A stretch of 64,000 nt of DNA from Candidatus Uhrbacteria bacterium (GCA_943354605.1 CALRCK010000003.1:85609-149608); one strand, 5' to 3'; positions 7,361 to 17,507 are shown, numbered from the stretch's first letter. Notes: generated from the letters alone by a model not told the origin. Made by a program: numbers and translations.

Positions 7361-10315
7361 TTACACCTGGAGAATATCAATAATGTTCGTTACCGACGAT
7401 TCAACGGCGTCTGGATCAAAGTCGCTTGTGCTATTGATGTCGTCGCCAAAGTGATAATTGCCGTAGAAGGCGTCGCTAATGTCGTCAATCTGTGTGTTCC
7501 AGTCGCTCCCCCAAATACTCGCTGCCACGTCTTCGCTTGCGATAGCGCGAAGCTCTCCGGTTTCGCCAACCGCGTACACCGTGTTCACGGAAACAAACTT
7601 CACCATCGTGGTGCCCGGGTGATACGTGACATTCACTCCAAGCGTAATCGACGACAGGAAGTCGTCTGTAACAATAATCACGTCGTCAAAATTCTCGTAC
7701 CAGGTAAAGTACACCTTCTCATTCGGGAACGCATGGCGCTTGCCGTCGTAGTAGTACACCGCGTGACAAGGGTCTTCCACATCCGCATCCGATCCGCATG
7801 CAAGCTTGATCAATGAGTCCACGTCAGCCTCGCCAACGGCAACGTCTTCTTCTGCAGTTGTTTCCGTTGTTGTGCTCGTTTCTGATGCAATCGTGATCGT
7901 TGTTGAGGCGCCACGTGTGGCATTGCCCGCAGCATCCACACAATACGCGTTTGCGATTGCGCTTCCCTCAGCCGCGAACGTATACAAATACGTTGCATAT
8001 CCACCAGAAATACTCATCGCGCCAATATTTGTGCTGTTCACGTACAGCGTGCATGTTCCCATGCCGCCACTATCCGCCACCGATGCGCTTAATGTTGTTG
8101 CTGTTCCCGCGGTGACCGACGTTGGCGTGATCACGCCAACCGTTGGCGCGACAGTATCCGTTGTGGTTGTTGCGGCGGCGGCAACCGTCACCGTAACCGC
8201 CGTTCCTGCGCCGATATTCCCCACCCCATCGCCGCACCATGCATATGCCGTTAATGTTCCACTCGTTGCTGCCGTGTAGCTTCGGCTGTACGTGGACGAC
8301 GACGCCGTCATCTGGCCTTGGTCACTGTCATTGACAAACAATCGGCACTCGTAAATTCCAGAATCGTCTGTTGCCGTCGCCGAGAATGTTACCGCAGTGT
8401 TCTGTGTTGCGGTGGTTGGCGTCATCGCGCTAATCGTTGGAGCAGTCGTGTCTGTAGAAACCGCGGAAACCTTTACCGTCACCGTGCTGCCGGTTCCCAC
8501 GTTCCCTGCAGCATCGGTACATGTCATGTATACCGAATAATCCCCAGCGGCATCAAACGTTCCGGATGCGGAAGCCGTTCCTGACGCGAGCGCCATACTC
8601 TTCGCAGAACCATCCACATACGCCGTACAACTCGTCACACCTACCGCGTCGCTGTACGTTGCACTAAATGTTGTAGCAACACCGGCCGTTGCAGTCGTTG
8701 GGGTGATTGCTCCCACGGTTGGAGCAGTGGTGTCCGCGCTCGCTGCTGCAGCAACCGTGACGGTTGTTGCCGAACCCGTTCCACTATTTCCTGCCGCGTC
8801 TTTACATGAAACGTACACCGACAACGTTCCGCTTGCCGACGGCGTGTAGGACAGCGTCGCGTATCCCGACGCCACCGTCATTGCGCCGACGTTCGTGCTG
8901 CCAACGTACAAGGAACACGTTGAAACTCCAACTGCGTCAGAGACAGCAGCAGTGAACGTTGATGCGGTTCCAGCAGTCGCTGTTGTTGGCGTCACAGAAC
9001 CCACCGTTGGCGCTGTCGTGTCCGTAGACGAAGACGACGCAGCGACAGTAATTGATGTGACGGTTCCGCTCTTGCTGTTCCCTGCGGCATCAACACACGT
9101 TGCCTTTGCATTGAATGTTCCGCTTGTTGAAAACGTATAGCTCTTACTTGCGGTTCCACTTGCGAGGGTCATGGCGCCCTGGCTCACTCCACCAACATAC
9201 AGCGTGCATCCCGTCACCGCGATGTTGTCTGAATATGTCGCCGACAACGTTGCTGCAGTTCCTGCTGTTGCCGTGGTTGGGGTGATGGATCCGACGGTTG
9301 GAGCGGTAGTGTCTCCGGTAATCACCAACGTTTTCGACGTCCCGCTCCCCGTGTTTCCGGAAGTATCCGTACATTTTGCCTGTACCGATACTGATCCTGT
9401 TGTAGATGCGGTGTATGAATACGTTGCCGTCCCGCTCGTGGTAGAGCTCCCGAGCGTCATCGCACCAACACTCGATCCGCTCACGTACAATGTACAACTC
9501 GATACACCAACAGCATCAGAATATGTTGCAGAAAGTGTTGTTGCAACCGTTGCGGTGATTGTCAGCGGAGTGATGCTTCCTACCGTTGGGGCCGTCGTGT
9601 CTGGACTTGCAACCGCGACGTACGTTACCGCACCCGTCCCGACATTTCCCGCAGCATCCACACACGTGACCCACGATGGATCGGTTCCGTTGTCTGGCGG
9701 CGCAGCATACAACGTTGCGGTTCCGCTTGTGCTTCCTGATCCTCCGGAAAGCGTCATTGTTCCCTGACTTGCGCTATCAAGGTACAACGTACAGCTCGTG
9801 ACACCAACGCTATCCGCATACGACGCAGAGAATGTTTGGTACGCGAATTCCGTTCCCGTTGTTGGGCTTACCGACCCCACTGTTGGAGCGGTGGTATCTG
9901 ACGACGATGAAGACGACGCAGAGACTGTTACCGTTGTGGACGAACCTGTACCGCTATTTCCGGCAGCATCCGTACACACCGCATACGCCGTGATCGATCC
10001 TGCCGGACCAGTCATGTATCCATATGTTGCGGTTCCGCTGGTTGTAGAACTTCCAAGCGCCATGGTCCCCGCCGGCATCCCGCTCACGTACAACATACAG
10101 CTCGACACGCCAACTGCATCCGAGTACGTTGCGGAAAACGTGGTCATGGTTGTAGCGGTTGCCGTGGTTGGTGTGATAGCACCAACGACTGGCGCAGTCG
10201 TATCTGCCGTCGCAAGGCTCAACGCCGGCGAAAAGACGAGAAAACCGAACCCAAAACATAACGCTAACCCCAATTTTTGAAGTCCAAAACGAATATTTGC
10301 ATTCATATACCGCAA
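7361..10315 (-). CDS. Secreted Thr/Ser/Ala-rich surface protein with 8 Ig-like repeats
   Basis: Signal peptide; eight ~97-aa repeats starting DTTAPTVG, each with two Cys (C.DAAGN); acidic C-terminal domain (KRHAFPNEKVYFTWY...IDDISDAF). Confidence 0.85.
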   Translation of the reverse strand: MRYMNANIRFGLQKLGLALCFGFGFLVFSPALSLATADTTAPVVGAITPTTATATTMTTFSATYSDAVGVSSCMLYVSGMPAGTMALGSSTTSGTATYGYMTGPAGSITAYAVCTDAAGNSGTGSSTTVTVSASSSSSSDTTAPTVGSVSPTTGTEFAYQTFSASYADSVGVTSCTLYLDSASQGTMTLSGGSGSTSGTATLYAAPPDNGTDPSWVTCVDAAGNVGTGAVTYVAVASPDTTAPTVGSITPLTITATVATTLSATYSDAVGVSSCTLYVSGSSVGAMTLGSSTTSGTATYSYTASTTGSVSVQAKCTDTSGNTGSGTSKTLVITGDTTAPTVGSITPTTATAGTAATLSATYSDNIAVTGCTLYVGGVSQGAMTLASGTASKSYTFSTSGTFNAKATCVDAAGNSKSGTVTSITVAASSSSTDTTAPTVGSVTPTTATAGTASTFTAAVSDAVGVSTCSLYVGSTNVGAMTVASGYATLSYTPSASGTLSVYVSCKDAAGNSGTGSATTVTVAAAASADTTAPTVGAITPTTATAGVATTFSATYSDAVGVTSCTAYVDGSAKSMALASGTASASGTFDAAGDYSVYMTCTDAAGNVGTGSTVTVKVSAVSTDTTAPTISAMTPTTATQNTAVTFSATATDDSGIYECRLFVNDSDQGQMTASSSTYSRSYTAATSGTLTAYAWCGDGVGNIGAGTAVTVTVAAAATTTTDTVAPTVGVITPTSVTAGTATTLSASVADSGGMGTCTLYVNSTNIGAMSISGGYATYLYTFAAEGSAIANAYCVDAAGNATRGASTTITIASETSTTTETTAEEDVAVGEADVDSLIKLACGSDADVEDPCHAVYYYDGKRHAFPNEKVYFTWYENFDDVIIVTDDFLSSITLGVNVTYHPGTTMVKFVSVNTVYAVGETGELRAIASEDVAASIWGSDWNTQIDDISDAFYGNYHFGDDINSTSDFDPDAVESSVTNIIDILQV

Positions 10316-10360
10316 GTATATCTCGATAGCGAACGCCGTCCGAAAGTTATCCGGAGCCTA

Positions 10361-10708
10361 CTACTCGTCGATTTCCTTTAAAAACCAACTTGTTAACGTG
10401 CTCACGGCCCACGTCAGAATGCCCACCATCAAGGCTGGCATAAAGCCCGCCACCGTTACACCTTTCACAAAGGTTGCCATAAACCACACCAGCGCACCGT
10501 TAATCACAAAGGTGAACAATCCAAGCGTGACGATATTCACCGGCAATGTGAGGATCACGAGAATTGGACGAATCACGGCGTTCAACAGCCCAAGCACCAG
10601 TGCTGCAACAAGCGCCGAGTAAAAGCTCGACACGTGGAAACCGGCAATGATCTGCGTTGCGGCAAGGAGCGTGAGTGCGTTGATGAACCAGCGAAGAATA
10701 AGTTTCAT
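10361..10708 (-). CDS. Phage-holin-like 4-TM membrane protein (YvlD-like)
   Basis: LNAVIRPILVILTLPVNIVTLGLFTFVING signature. Confidence 0.85.
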   Translation of the reverse strand: MKLILRWFINALTLLAATQIIAGFHVSSFYSALVAALVLGLLNAVIRPILVILTLPVNIVTLGLFTFVINGALVWFMATFVKGVTVAGFMPALMVGILTWAVSTLTSWFLKEIDE

Positions 10709-10717
10709 ATGGATTGA

Positions 10718-10945
10718 TTATAGCGAATCTTCCGTTGGTGTGTCGTCGAGCGCCGCAAACTTTTTCTTCAAAGTGACCACGGTATTCTCCACGTCGGCAA
10801 GCTTTTCTTTGAGCATTTTTGCTAGTTCAAGCCCGCGCTCAAATTTTTTGACGCCTTCATCAAGATCTACATTCTGTGTTTCGAACCACTCGGTGATAGC
10901 CTCGAGCTCCTGAAATGCATCGGCAAACGATATTTTTTTGGACAT
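10718..10945 (-). CDS. xseB: Exodeoxyribonuclease VII small subunit
   Basis: SFADAFQELEAI...DLDEGVKKFERG; follows xseA. Confidence 0.92.
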   Translation of the reverse strand: MSKKISFADAFQELEAITEWFETQNVDLDEGVKKFERGLELAKMLKEKLADVENTVVTLKKKFAALDDTPTEDSL

Positions 10946-10956
10946 AGTTTTTTTTC

Positions 10957-11036
10957 GTCACCCTGAGCGAAGCGAAGGGTCTCTCGTAGGTGAGATTTTC
11001 TCCCTGCGGAGATTCCTCGCCTACGCTCGGAATGAC
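10957..11036. repeat. Family A palindromic element between xseA and xseB
   Basis: GTCACCCTGAGCGAAGCGAAGGGTCT...CGCTCGGAATGAC. Confidence 0.85.
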
Positions 11037-11050
11037 GGAGCCTTATATGA

Positions 11051-12328
11051 TCACAGCAGACTTTCCTGTACCGCATTCGTCTCCACCTGGGCGCGGATCT
11101 CTCCCTCCCTCAATTGTATGGTGAGACGGTCTCCGGGAGCAACACCACGAGAGGATTTCAAGATTTTTCCCGCAGATCGCACCAATGCGTATCCTCGTTT
11201 TAACACTTCTCGTGGATCGATACTTTTCAACACACGCTCAAGCTCTGTAATCGATCGCGAACGTTCATCCATAACGGCCTTCATCCGACCGTCGATGGTT
11301 TGCACTCGGCGATCGATGTGCTCCACGGTCGCAATGAGGCTCAAGCGGAATCGTTCGAATGCGTAAACAAATCTGCGTGTCACATCGGTCATGGACTGAA
11401 GCAATCGTGCGAGTGAACGGTCGAAGATGCTGAGCGCACGGTCGACCGCATGGCCTTTGTCGTCGATCTCGTATTGCAGCCGATCTCCGATTCTGTCTGC
11501 ACTCATCGCAACACTCACGGTAATCTCGCGTCTGTCCGGCACGACGCGCTCCGCAGCATTGCTCGGTGTGGAAGCGCGAACATCGGCAACAAAGTCGCAT
11601 AACGATTCATCGCGTTCATGACCTACACCCACTACCACCGGAATTGCACTCTGAAACACTGCGCGAACGACAGCCTCGCTATTGAATGCATGCAGGTCCT
11701 CAAGGCTTCCTCCCCCACGAGTCAGCACAATGACTTCAGGTCGATTCTCGATTGGAAGCGTGTTGAGCTGCGCAAATGCACCAAGAATTTCTTGCACCGC
11801 ATCCTTGCCCTGCACCGTCACCGGAACATGCGTCACCGTCACTCCGCTCCACCGATTTCGGAGGATGCGAAGAAAATCGCCGTACGCCGCAGCCTCGCCA
11901 GAGGTAATAAGCCCGATGCGCTCGGGGAATCGTGGGATTGATCGCTTGCGCGCAGTCTCGAACATTCCCTCCAATCGCAGTTTCTCTTTGAGCGCGAGAT
12001 ACGCTTTTTGCAACGCACCTTCGCCCACCAACGCAATCGCTGTCACGTTCAGCGTAAATTTTCCAAATCGCTCAAATACCTTCGACGTTCCGGTGACGTG
12101 CACTCGCATGCCACTTTGCAACGGAACATTCAGTGCGAACACCGTCATGAAACACGAAATCTTCGCTTCCGCTTTCTCGTCTTTCAAATCAAAATTCACC
12201 CACTTCCCCTGGCTCACCTTAAACTCCACCACCTCACCTTCAATCACCATGCCCTCATGAGGGATGGTCCGAAGGGCATGATTGACGAGCCCGAGGTAAT
12301 CGGAAACAGAGATGACCGCAGGAGCCAT
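11051..12328 (-). CDS. xseA: Exodeoxyribonuclease VII large subunit
   Basis: OB fold; RGGGSLEDL, GVGHERD, RASTPS motifs. Confidence 0.96.
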   Translation of the reverse strand: MAPAVISVSDYLGLVNHALRTIPHEGMVIEGEVVEFKVSQGKWVNFDLKDEKAEAKISCFMTVFALNVPLQSGMRVHVTGTSKVFERFGKFTLNVTAIALVGEGALQKAYLALKEKLRLEGMFETARKRSIPRFPERIGLITSGEAAAYGDFLRILRNRWSGVTVTHVPVTVQGKDAVQEILGAFAQLNTLPIENRPEVIVLTRGGGSLEDLHAFNSEAVVRAVFQSAIPVVVGVGHERDESLCDFVADVRASTPSNAAERVVPDRREITVSVAMSADRIGDRLQYEIDDKGHAVDRALSIFDRSLARLLQSMTDVTRRFVYAFERFRLSLIATVEHIDRRVQTIDGRMKAVMDERSRSITELERVLKSIDPREVLKRGYALVRSAGKILKSSRGVAPGDRLTIQLREGEIRAQVETNAVQESLL

Positions 12329-12331
12329 ACG

Positions 12332-12721
12332 TTATGGCGCTGGTTCAGTGTTCAGAATTTCCAGCGCTTTCTTTGCGACTTCATTGACGTCCTCTCCCCC
12401 ATTTATGGCGCTCGACGAACCTGAGTCGGGTGAGGAGAGTGAGTTGGAGGGGGCTTCAGACGAGGCTTCGGCAGGAGCCGGCTCCGGCTTCGATATTTTC
12501 TTCGCTTCCGCCTGCATCACCACAGGATTCTGTTTCAGCAGTGCGTTAAAGCGCTCCGCAGGTGTCATATCTGTTCCAAACATCGATCCGCCGGTTGCAC
12601 GTTCAAAGATATACAACCCGACGCACACCAACGCCACAATGCCAAACAAATATCCGTACCACGGCTTCCATGGTTTCGGCTCCCCCTCTAAGGGATTTTT
12701 GAGTAAGCGATTCATGATCAT
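12332..12721 (-). CDS. Hypothetical single-TM protein
   Basis: Overlaps the upstream stop; one TM helix followed by a low-complexity tail. Confidence 0.65.
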   Translation of the reverse strand: MIMNRLLKNPLEGEPKPWKPWYGYLFGIVALVCVGLYIFERATGGSMFGTDMTPAERFNALLKQNPVVMQAEAKKISKPEPAPAEASSEAPSNSLSSPDSGSSSAINGGEDVNEVAKKALEILNTEPAP

Positions 12722-14106
12722 AGCGCACGCTGCTTAGCCCATTGGCGAACCACCCAGGTTGCCCGAACATCGTCTTCATTGTAACGCAACACGTCGTTCA
12801 GCATCTCGCGGTTTCCAGTACGCAACCAGTCTTCGTACCACAAAACCGAGTTTAAGCCCGACGCGTCGTCGTGACGCCAACGGAAACCCAAGAACTGTGC
12901 AATATCTTTCAACGAGTAAAATGACAACGGAAAAATAACCGCTTCACGCAAACGCTCGAGAACATCGACGGATCGTTCCGCGAGATCGTCGACGAATCCT
13001 TCTGGCGCGCCGTGTCGCTCCGCCATCAATCGAAACACATCTTGCTCATACCACCCGTAGTGATACACCGGAATGCCTGGGCGCGATTCCATGAACGCAA
13101 CAAATGCCTCCCAGGCTGCCTTTTCCTCGTCCTGTTTTTCCGCAAGGAACGTGTGGAACTCGTCGCCTTGGCCGTGCACGTCGAGCACACCAAAGAGGTA
13201 ATGCAAATCGCGCAAAGGATCAGCCTCAATATCAACAACAAGTGCGTCGTCGGTTTTTGGAAAATCGATTTTGCCAAGAACAACCGGCTTGCCGTCAAGT
13301 AACGCTTTCGCGCCAAGGATGAGGAATTGCAATCGCTCTTGGGTGATCCCGGGAACGCCGCGCGCCAAAAGATCGGCGTTGCGAGTGGAAAGCTCTGTAA
13401 CGGTGGTGATCCCCGCGTCGTTCAGCGCTGTCACTTCGCTCCGCCAAATGCGGTTCATACGGGAAAGATGATCGCTCGCAATGGTTTCATTTTTACATTC
13501 GTCGAACCACGGCGATTGTTTGCAATCCGATGTAAGAAAGTGCGGTTCACGGATACCTTCAAGAATTCGCTCAATGCCATCAAGCACAAGGCGGAACTTG
13601 GTCAGATATTCCTCCAGGATATACGCCTCCACTGTGCCGTCTGGGCGCATGATGTATCCCTGTTTTGGCTTCATGCCCTGAATGCCGCGCAATACCTCTG
13701 CATAAAACGCGCCCTGCACACAATATTCGTCCTTGAGATGTCGGGAACGCTTGATGTCGCACGCCACGTAATAGTAGTCGCCAAAATTCGACTTCCCTGA
13801 AACGCGCTCGAAAAGATCGGGCTTCGCAACCCAGTGACCGTGCAGAAGCACACCGCCGTAAATCGACTGCGCGCCCTGCTTCATGAGTTCTACTGTTTTC
13901 GCAAACGCTTCGTCTTCCGATTCCGCAGAAATTTCAATCGATTTTCGCGTCACCAAAATTGCGCGCTCTTGTTCTTGAATCAACGCGTCGTCTTGCACTC
14001 GCGCTCGCATCGCGTCTTCCCTGTGCGGCAACGTCGCATCAAACCAAATCCACGACGGGCATTTGAGATAGCGATAAAAACTTTGTTTGGTAATGCGTTT
14101 GGACAT
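12718..14106 (-). CDS. TM0106-family RecB-like nuclease with RNase H-like C-terminal domain
   Basis: KPDLF...DIK PD-(D/E)xK motif; DIEAD, HYGWYE, YSLKDIA, YNEDDVRAT. Confidence 0.88.
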   Translation of the reverse strand: MSKRITKQSFYRYLKCPSWIWFDATLPHREDAMRARVQDDALIQEQERAILVTRKSIEISAESEDEAFAKTVELMKQGAQSIYGGVLLHGHWVAKPDLFERVSGKSNFGDYYYVACDIKRSRHLKDEYCVQGAFYAEVLRGIQGMKPKQGYIMRPDGTVEAYILEEYLTKFRLVLDGIERILEGIREPHFLTSDCKQSPWFDECKNETIASDHLSRMNRIWRSEVTALNDAGITTVTELSTRNADLLARGVPGITQERLQFLILGAKALLDGKPVVLGKIDFPKTDDALVVDIEADPLRDLHYLFGVLDVHGQGDEFHTFLAEKQDEEKAAWEAFVAFMESRPGIPVYHYGWYEQDVFRLMAERHGAPEGFVDDLAERSVDVLERLREAVIFPLSFYSLKDIAQFLGFRWRHDDASGLNSVLWYEDWLRTGNREMLNDVLRYNEDDVRATWVVRQWAKQRAL

Positions 14107-14123
14107 GAACGCAGTGTACAGGA

Positions 14124-14351
14124 CTACGGCGTGAACGTGAACAAATCCTCGATTTTGACTCGCAAATACTTGGCGAGACGAAAGGCGGTGAGAAGCGACG
14201 GCTGCGCCGTGCCCTTTTCGATTGCGGCAAGTGCCTGACGACCAACGCCGATTTCCTTTGCGAGCTCAATCTGGGAAATTGGAATGAGAATGCGATGTGA
14301 GTAGACGTGGGAAATGAACTTGATTTTCTTTTGAGAAGACGGGATGGGCAT
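14124..14351 (-). CDS. XRE-family HTH transcriptional regulator
   Basis: SQIELAKEIGVGRQALAAIEKG...PSL...IEDLF. Confidence 0.88.
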   Translation of the reverse strand: MPIPSSQKKIKFISHVYSHRILIPISQIELAKEIGVGRQALAAIEKGTAQPSLLTAFRLAKYLRVKIEDLFTFTP

Positions 14352-14407
14352 AGCAAGATCTGAAACTGAACCTTTGAGGGGCTGGAAGGGAACAGACTGT
14401 TTTTTCA

Positions 14408-14503
14408 GTCATGTTGAGCGAAGCGAAACATCTCCACAGGGAGAATCAGTAACCTGCGAGAGATTCTTACCCTCCGGGTATAAGTCACTTCGTTCAGAAT
14501 GAC
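14408..14503. repeat. Family A palindromic element (variant)
   Basis: GTCATGTTGAGCGAAGCGAAACATCT...CTTCGTTCAGAATGAC. Confidence 0.8.
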
Positions 14504-14527
14504 GGACCCTTGATTTCCGCTTTCGAG

Positions 14528-14605
14528 GATGTCGTGTCCACACAACATTTCATTTGCAAAAATGCCAATGATTTCGAAGATCAGATGTCGTGTTGACACG
14601 ACATC
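14528..14605. promoter_or_regulatory. Two palindromic operator-like sites
   Basis: GATGTCGTGT-TG-ACACGACATC (14584-14605, perfect) and GATGTCGTGT-CC-ACACAACATT (14528-14549), upstream of the XRE gene. Confidence 0.55.
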
Positions 14606-14729
14606 CACAATATCACAAAACACACATGCCAGGCGCCGATCACGCCGCGGCGTTCGCCTTCTTCACATCCTTCAATGGTTCAGGCTTTTTCTCACATATA
14701 GGCGAGGCACGGTGGCCTCGCCTTTACTT

Positions 14730-15365
14730 TTATTTCACATCCTCAACCGTCACTTTTGTCATAACTTGATCTTCTACTGGCCGATCGTGTGCACCAGTCT
14801 GAGTTGCAGCGATCGCGTCAACAACGTCCATGCCCGATGTCACTTCGCCGAAAATGCTATAGGCATGTGGCAGTGGAACATCTTTGTGCATAATAAAAAA
14901 CTGGCTTCCGTTGGTATTTGGCCCAGCATTGGCCATCGCCACTGTTCCTCGCGTATACGTGTGGGTATCCGCAAGCTCGTCGGCAAACTTGTATCCCGGG
15001 CCGCCGGATCCGGTTCCTGTTGGATCACCGCCCTGAATCATGAATCCGCTAATCACTCGGTGAAAGATCAAGCCATCGTAATAGCCGTTGCTCGCCAAGT
15101 ACACAAAGTTCGAAACAGTCTTTGGCGCAGTGTCGTCGTACAGTTTAAAGACGATATCGCCTTTTTCCGTGGTAATGCGAACCTGCTTATTATGAATCTG
15201 CTCAGCAGGAAGCGCGCCTGGGAATGTCCATGTTTTCGTTTGCACAACAGGGGTTTGCGATGAAGAGTCTTGTGTCGCAGACGTTGTACCCGATGTGGAC
15301 GATGTTGTGCAACCCGCACCCATCAACAACAAAAACCCAGCGGTGATGATCAAAGAATGTTTCAC
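14730..15365 (-). CDS. Cyclophilin-type peptidyl-prolyl isomerase, lipoprotein
   Basis: LMGAGC lipobox; FHRVISGFMIQGGDP, AMANAGPNTNGSQFFI. Confidence 0.95.
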   Translation of the reverse strand: MKHSLIITAGFLLLMGAGCTTSSTSGTTSATQDSSSQTPVVQTKTWTFPGALPAEQIHNKQVRITTEKGDIVFKLYDDTAPKTVSNFVYLASNGYYDGLIFHRVISGFMIQGGDPTGTGSGGPGYKFADELADTHTYTRGTVAMANAGPNTNGSQFFIMHKDVPLPHAYSIFGEVTSGMDVVDAIAATQTGAHDRPVEDQVMTKVTVEDVK

Positions 15366-15368
15366 AAG

Positions 15369-15635
15369 CTACTTTAATTGGGACGTAAGAGTCTGTACCT
15401 TCGCCTGCTGAATGCGAAGCGCGTACACCGAGGTAAAGAGTACCGCGGAAAGCGAAAAAACCAAAACAAGAAGCAACGCCATCAGTTCCATGCTTCCTGC
15501 AGGAAGTGCGTGGCAGCTTTGGCAAAGATTATGATGACGAGCTGGCGCAACAACCGGCACGACGTGCGATGCCGACGAGAACGATCGCATACGGCGCGGT
15601 GCTGTGGATTTTTTTGATGGAGCACGTTTTGGCAT
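15369..15635 (-). CDS. Small hypothetical membrane protein
   Basis: MPKRAPSKK..., HHxxCxxCH, then a TM helix. Confidence 0.6.
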   Translation of the reverse strand: MPKRAPSKKSTAPRRMRSFSSASHVVPVVAPARHHNLCQSCHALPAGSMELMALLLVLVFSLSAVLFTSVYALRIQQAKVQTLTSQLK

Positions 15636-15664
15636 AAGAAATGTTTGATGATGCGTAAAGTATA

Positions 15665-16414
15665 TCACTCCCGTGGTTTTAACTCTTCCCCAGCTGCGCA
15701 GCCCGTTCCGTCTGCCGACACCGCCCACTCGCCAACCAACATGAATCCGACACGGGTATCCACATCGTCCACCGGAATGGACAGATTCATCGTAGACGAC
15801 GAGTATTCGCTGTGGTCGCTAGCACCAATTTGCCCACCGCATCCGCCGTGTTCGCTCACATTCTCGAGCCGAACCGGAACACCGCCCGGCAACGTGTATG
15901 CAACAGAAATTTCGTATCCACGTGCGCCGCTCGGCGCTTTTTCACGAAGCGCGTCGAACGCCGTCAGCATCGTTGGCGCAGCAACATTCGGAGTAATGCC
16001 GAGCGCAAAGTCGCCGAGCGTTGTCACCTGCACCGCTAACACGTCGTTCGTATCTGCAACAACGTCGTGCAGCCGTTCCCACATCCCAAGCGACGCATCG
16101 AACCAATACACTGCCGCCGCATCCAACGTTCCGGCAGTCGCCGAGCGCTCAAAAGAAAGCACAATTGGCGCATCGCGCTGCACATTGGTTGGCGCAACGT
16201 GATACACGTGACTGACGAGTGGCGTCGCTACCGTCGCAGTATCATCAACGGTGACGGTAAAATCATTCGCCGTACACGAAAGCCCGGTAATCGTTACCAC
16301 GCCGTCGCTACTCTTTACTTCCCTCGCCTCCGGTTCTTTTGCCACAATAAACCACACCGTCATTCCGAAAACGATCACGGCAAATATCCCAAAAATTCCT
16401 CGGACTGATTTCAT
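15665..16414 (-). CDS. Hypothetical exported protein
   Basis: N-terminal TM/signal anchor from MKSVRG; beta-rich body. Confidence 0.65.
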   Translation of the reverse strand: MKSVRGIFGIFAVIVFGMTVWFIVAKEPEAREVKSSDGVVTITGLSCTANDFTVTVDDTATVATPLVSHVYHVAPTNVQRDAPIVLSFERSATAGTLDAAAVYWFDASLGMWERLHDVVADTNDVLAVQVTTLGDFALGITPNVAAPTMLTAFDALREKAPSGARGYEISVAYTLPGGVPVRLENVSEHGGCGGQIGASDHSEYSSSTMNLSIPVDDVDTRVGFMLVGEWAVSADGTGCAAGEELKPRE

Positions 16415-16421
16415 TCCTGCA

Positions 16422-17456
16422 TTATACAACGTCCTCCCACGGCAAACCCGGACGACCAAACATGCCGTACGTTGCACACGATGCGTAGATTGGCTTTCGA
16501 AGCTGCAAACGTTCAACAATCGCTTCTGGACGGAAATCAAAACGCTTCTTCACCTCGTCGGTGAGATCGTCCCCATTGCCCGCCTTCGCCGACAACACCA
16601 ATGGCTCTGCAATGCCAAGCGCGTACATGGCGGTGATGAGCACGTTCGATGCAATACCTTCCGTGACCAACGTTTTTGCCGCAAAGCGTGCCATGTATGT
16701 TCCGGAACGTCCTGGTTTCAGCGGATCTTTTCCCGCAAGACCCATACCACCATGAGGCAATAATCCTCCATACGAATCTGCGAGAACCTTTCTGCCGGAC
16801 ACACCAGCGTTCGCGCCAAAGCCACCTTTCGTGAACGATCCGCCGGAGTTCACCAACATCGTTACGTCATCGATAGACGGCAACGACGGTACAATCGCTT
16901 CTTCCACAATCTGCGACTGCACCACCGAAAGCTCCATCGTTGGATCGTGTTCAACAATCACCGTCACGGCACGAACACGATCCCCATCAGTCGCAAGCTG
17001 TACTTTTCCGTCTGGTCGCAACCACGAAAACCGTGGATCACTCTGGCGCAACAGATCAATACGGCGGGCAATCACATTCGCATACACCACACTTCGCGGC
17101 AGCATTTCACGCGTTTCCTTCGTTGCGTATCCATGCACAATCGCTGTGCCCTGTGCACCACCGCGAACCATTGTCCGTGCAGAATCCTCCGTTGGTTTAT
17201 CAAGGTTTACAAAAAGTTCAATCGCATCCGTGTATCCCGCGGCGGCATACACCGCTTTTCCTACTGCTGCAGCATCAAAATCCGCACGCGAATCCACCAC
17301 GCCGCCGAGCATCACCATGCCGTTGCTTCCCAATGCCTGTACATCCATCCGCGTTAACGGATCTCTGCGCAAATATTCGTCGAGCACGGACTCGACAATC
17401 TGATCGCATACCTTATCTGGATGCCCGGCAAGAGGAGCCTCAACAACTTTGAGCAT
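16422..17456 (-). CDS. metK: S-adenosylmethionine synthetase (divergent)
   Basis: GHPDKVCDQI, LRPDGKVQ, GRK..DSYGG, GKD and C-terminal FGR..LPWE; several motifs altered. Confidence 0.85.
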   Translation of the reverse strand: MLKVVEAPLAGHPDKVCDQIVESVLDEYLRRDPLTRMDVQALGSNGMVMLGGVVDSRADFDAAAVGKAVYAAAGYTDAIELFVNLDKPTEDSARTMVRGGAQGTAIVHGYATKETREMLPRSVVYANVIARRIDLLRQSDPRFSWLRPDGKVQLATDGDRVRAVTVIVEHDPTMELSVVQSQIVEEAIVPSLPSIDDVTMLVNSGGSFTKGGFGANAGVSGRKVLADSYGGLLPHGGMGLAGKDPLKPGRSGTYMARFAAKTLVTEGIASNVLITAMYALGIAEPLVLSAKAGNGDDLTDEVKKRFDFRPEAIVERLQLRKPIYASCATYGMFGRPGLPWEDVV

Positions 17457-17507
17457 AAAATATGCAGAAACACTACCACAAAAATCTTATCCACACGAAA
17501 CCTCTTG

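Noticed and set aside
7800-10210. CRISPR array or DNA tandem repeat
   Set aside because: The periodicity comes from diverged ~97-aa protein repeats. There are no identical repeats with spacers and no cas genes.
10361-10708. Prophage, based on holin-like and baseplate-J-like (58462-59613) genes
   Set aside because: Both are isolated members of families common in bacterial chromosomes. There are no capsid, terminase or integrase genes.
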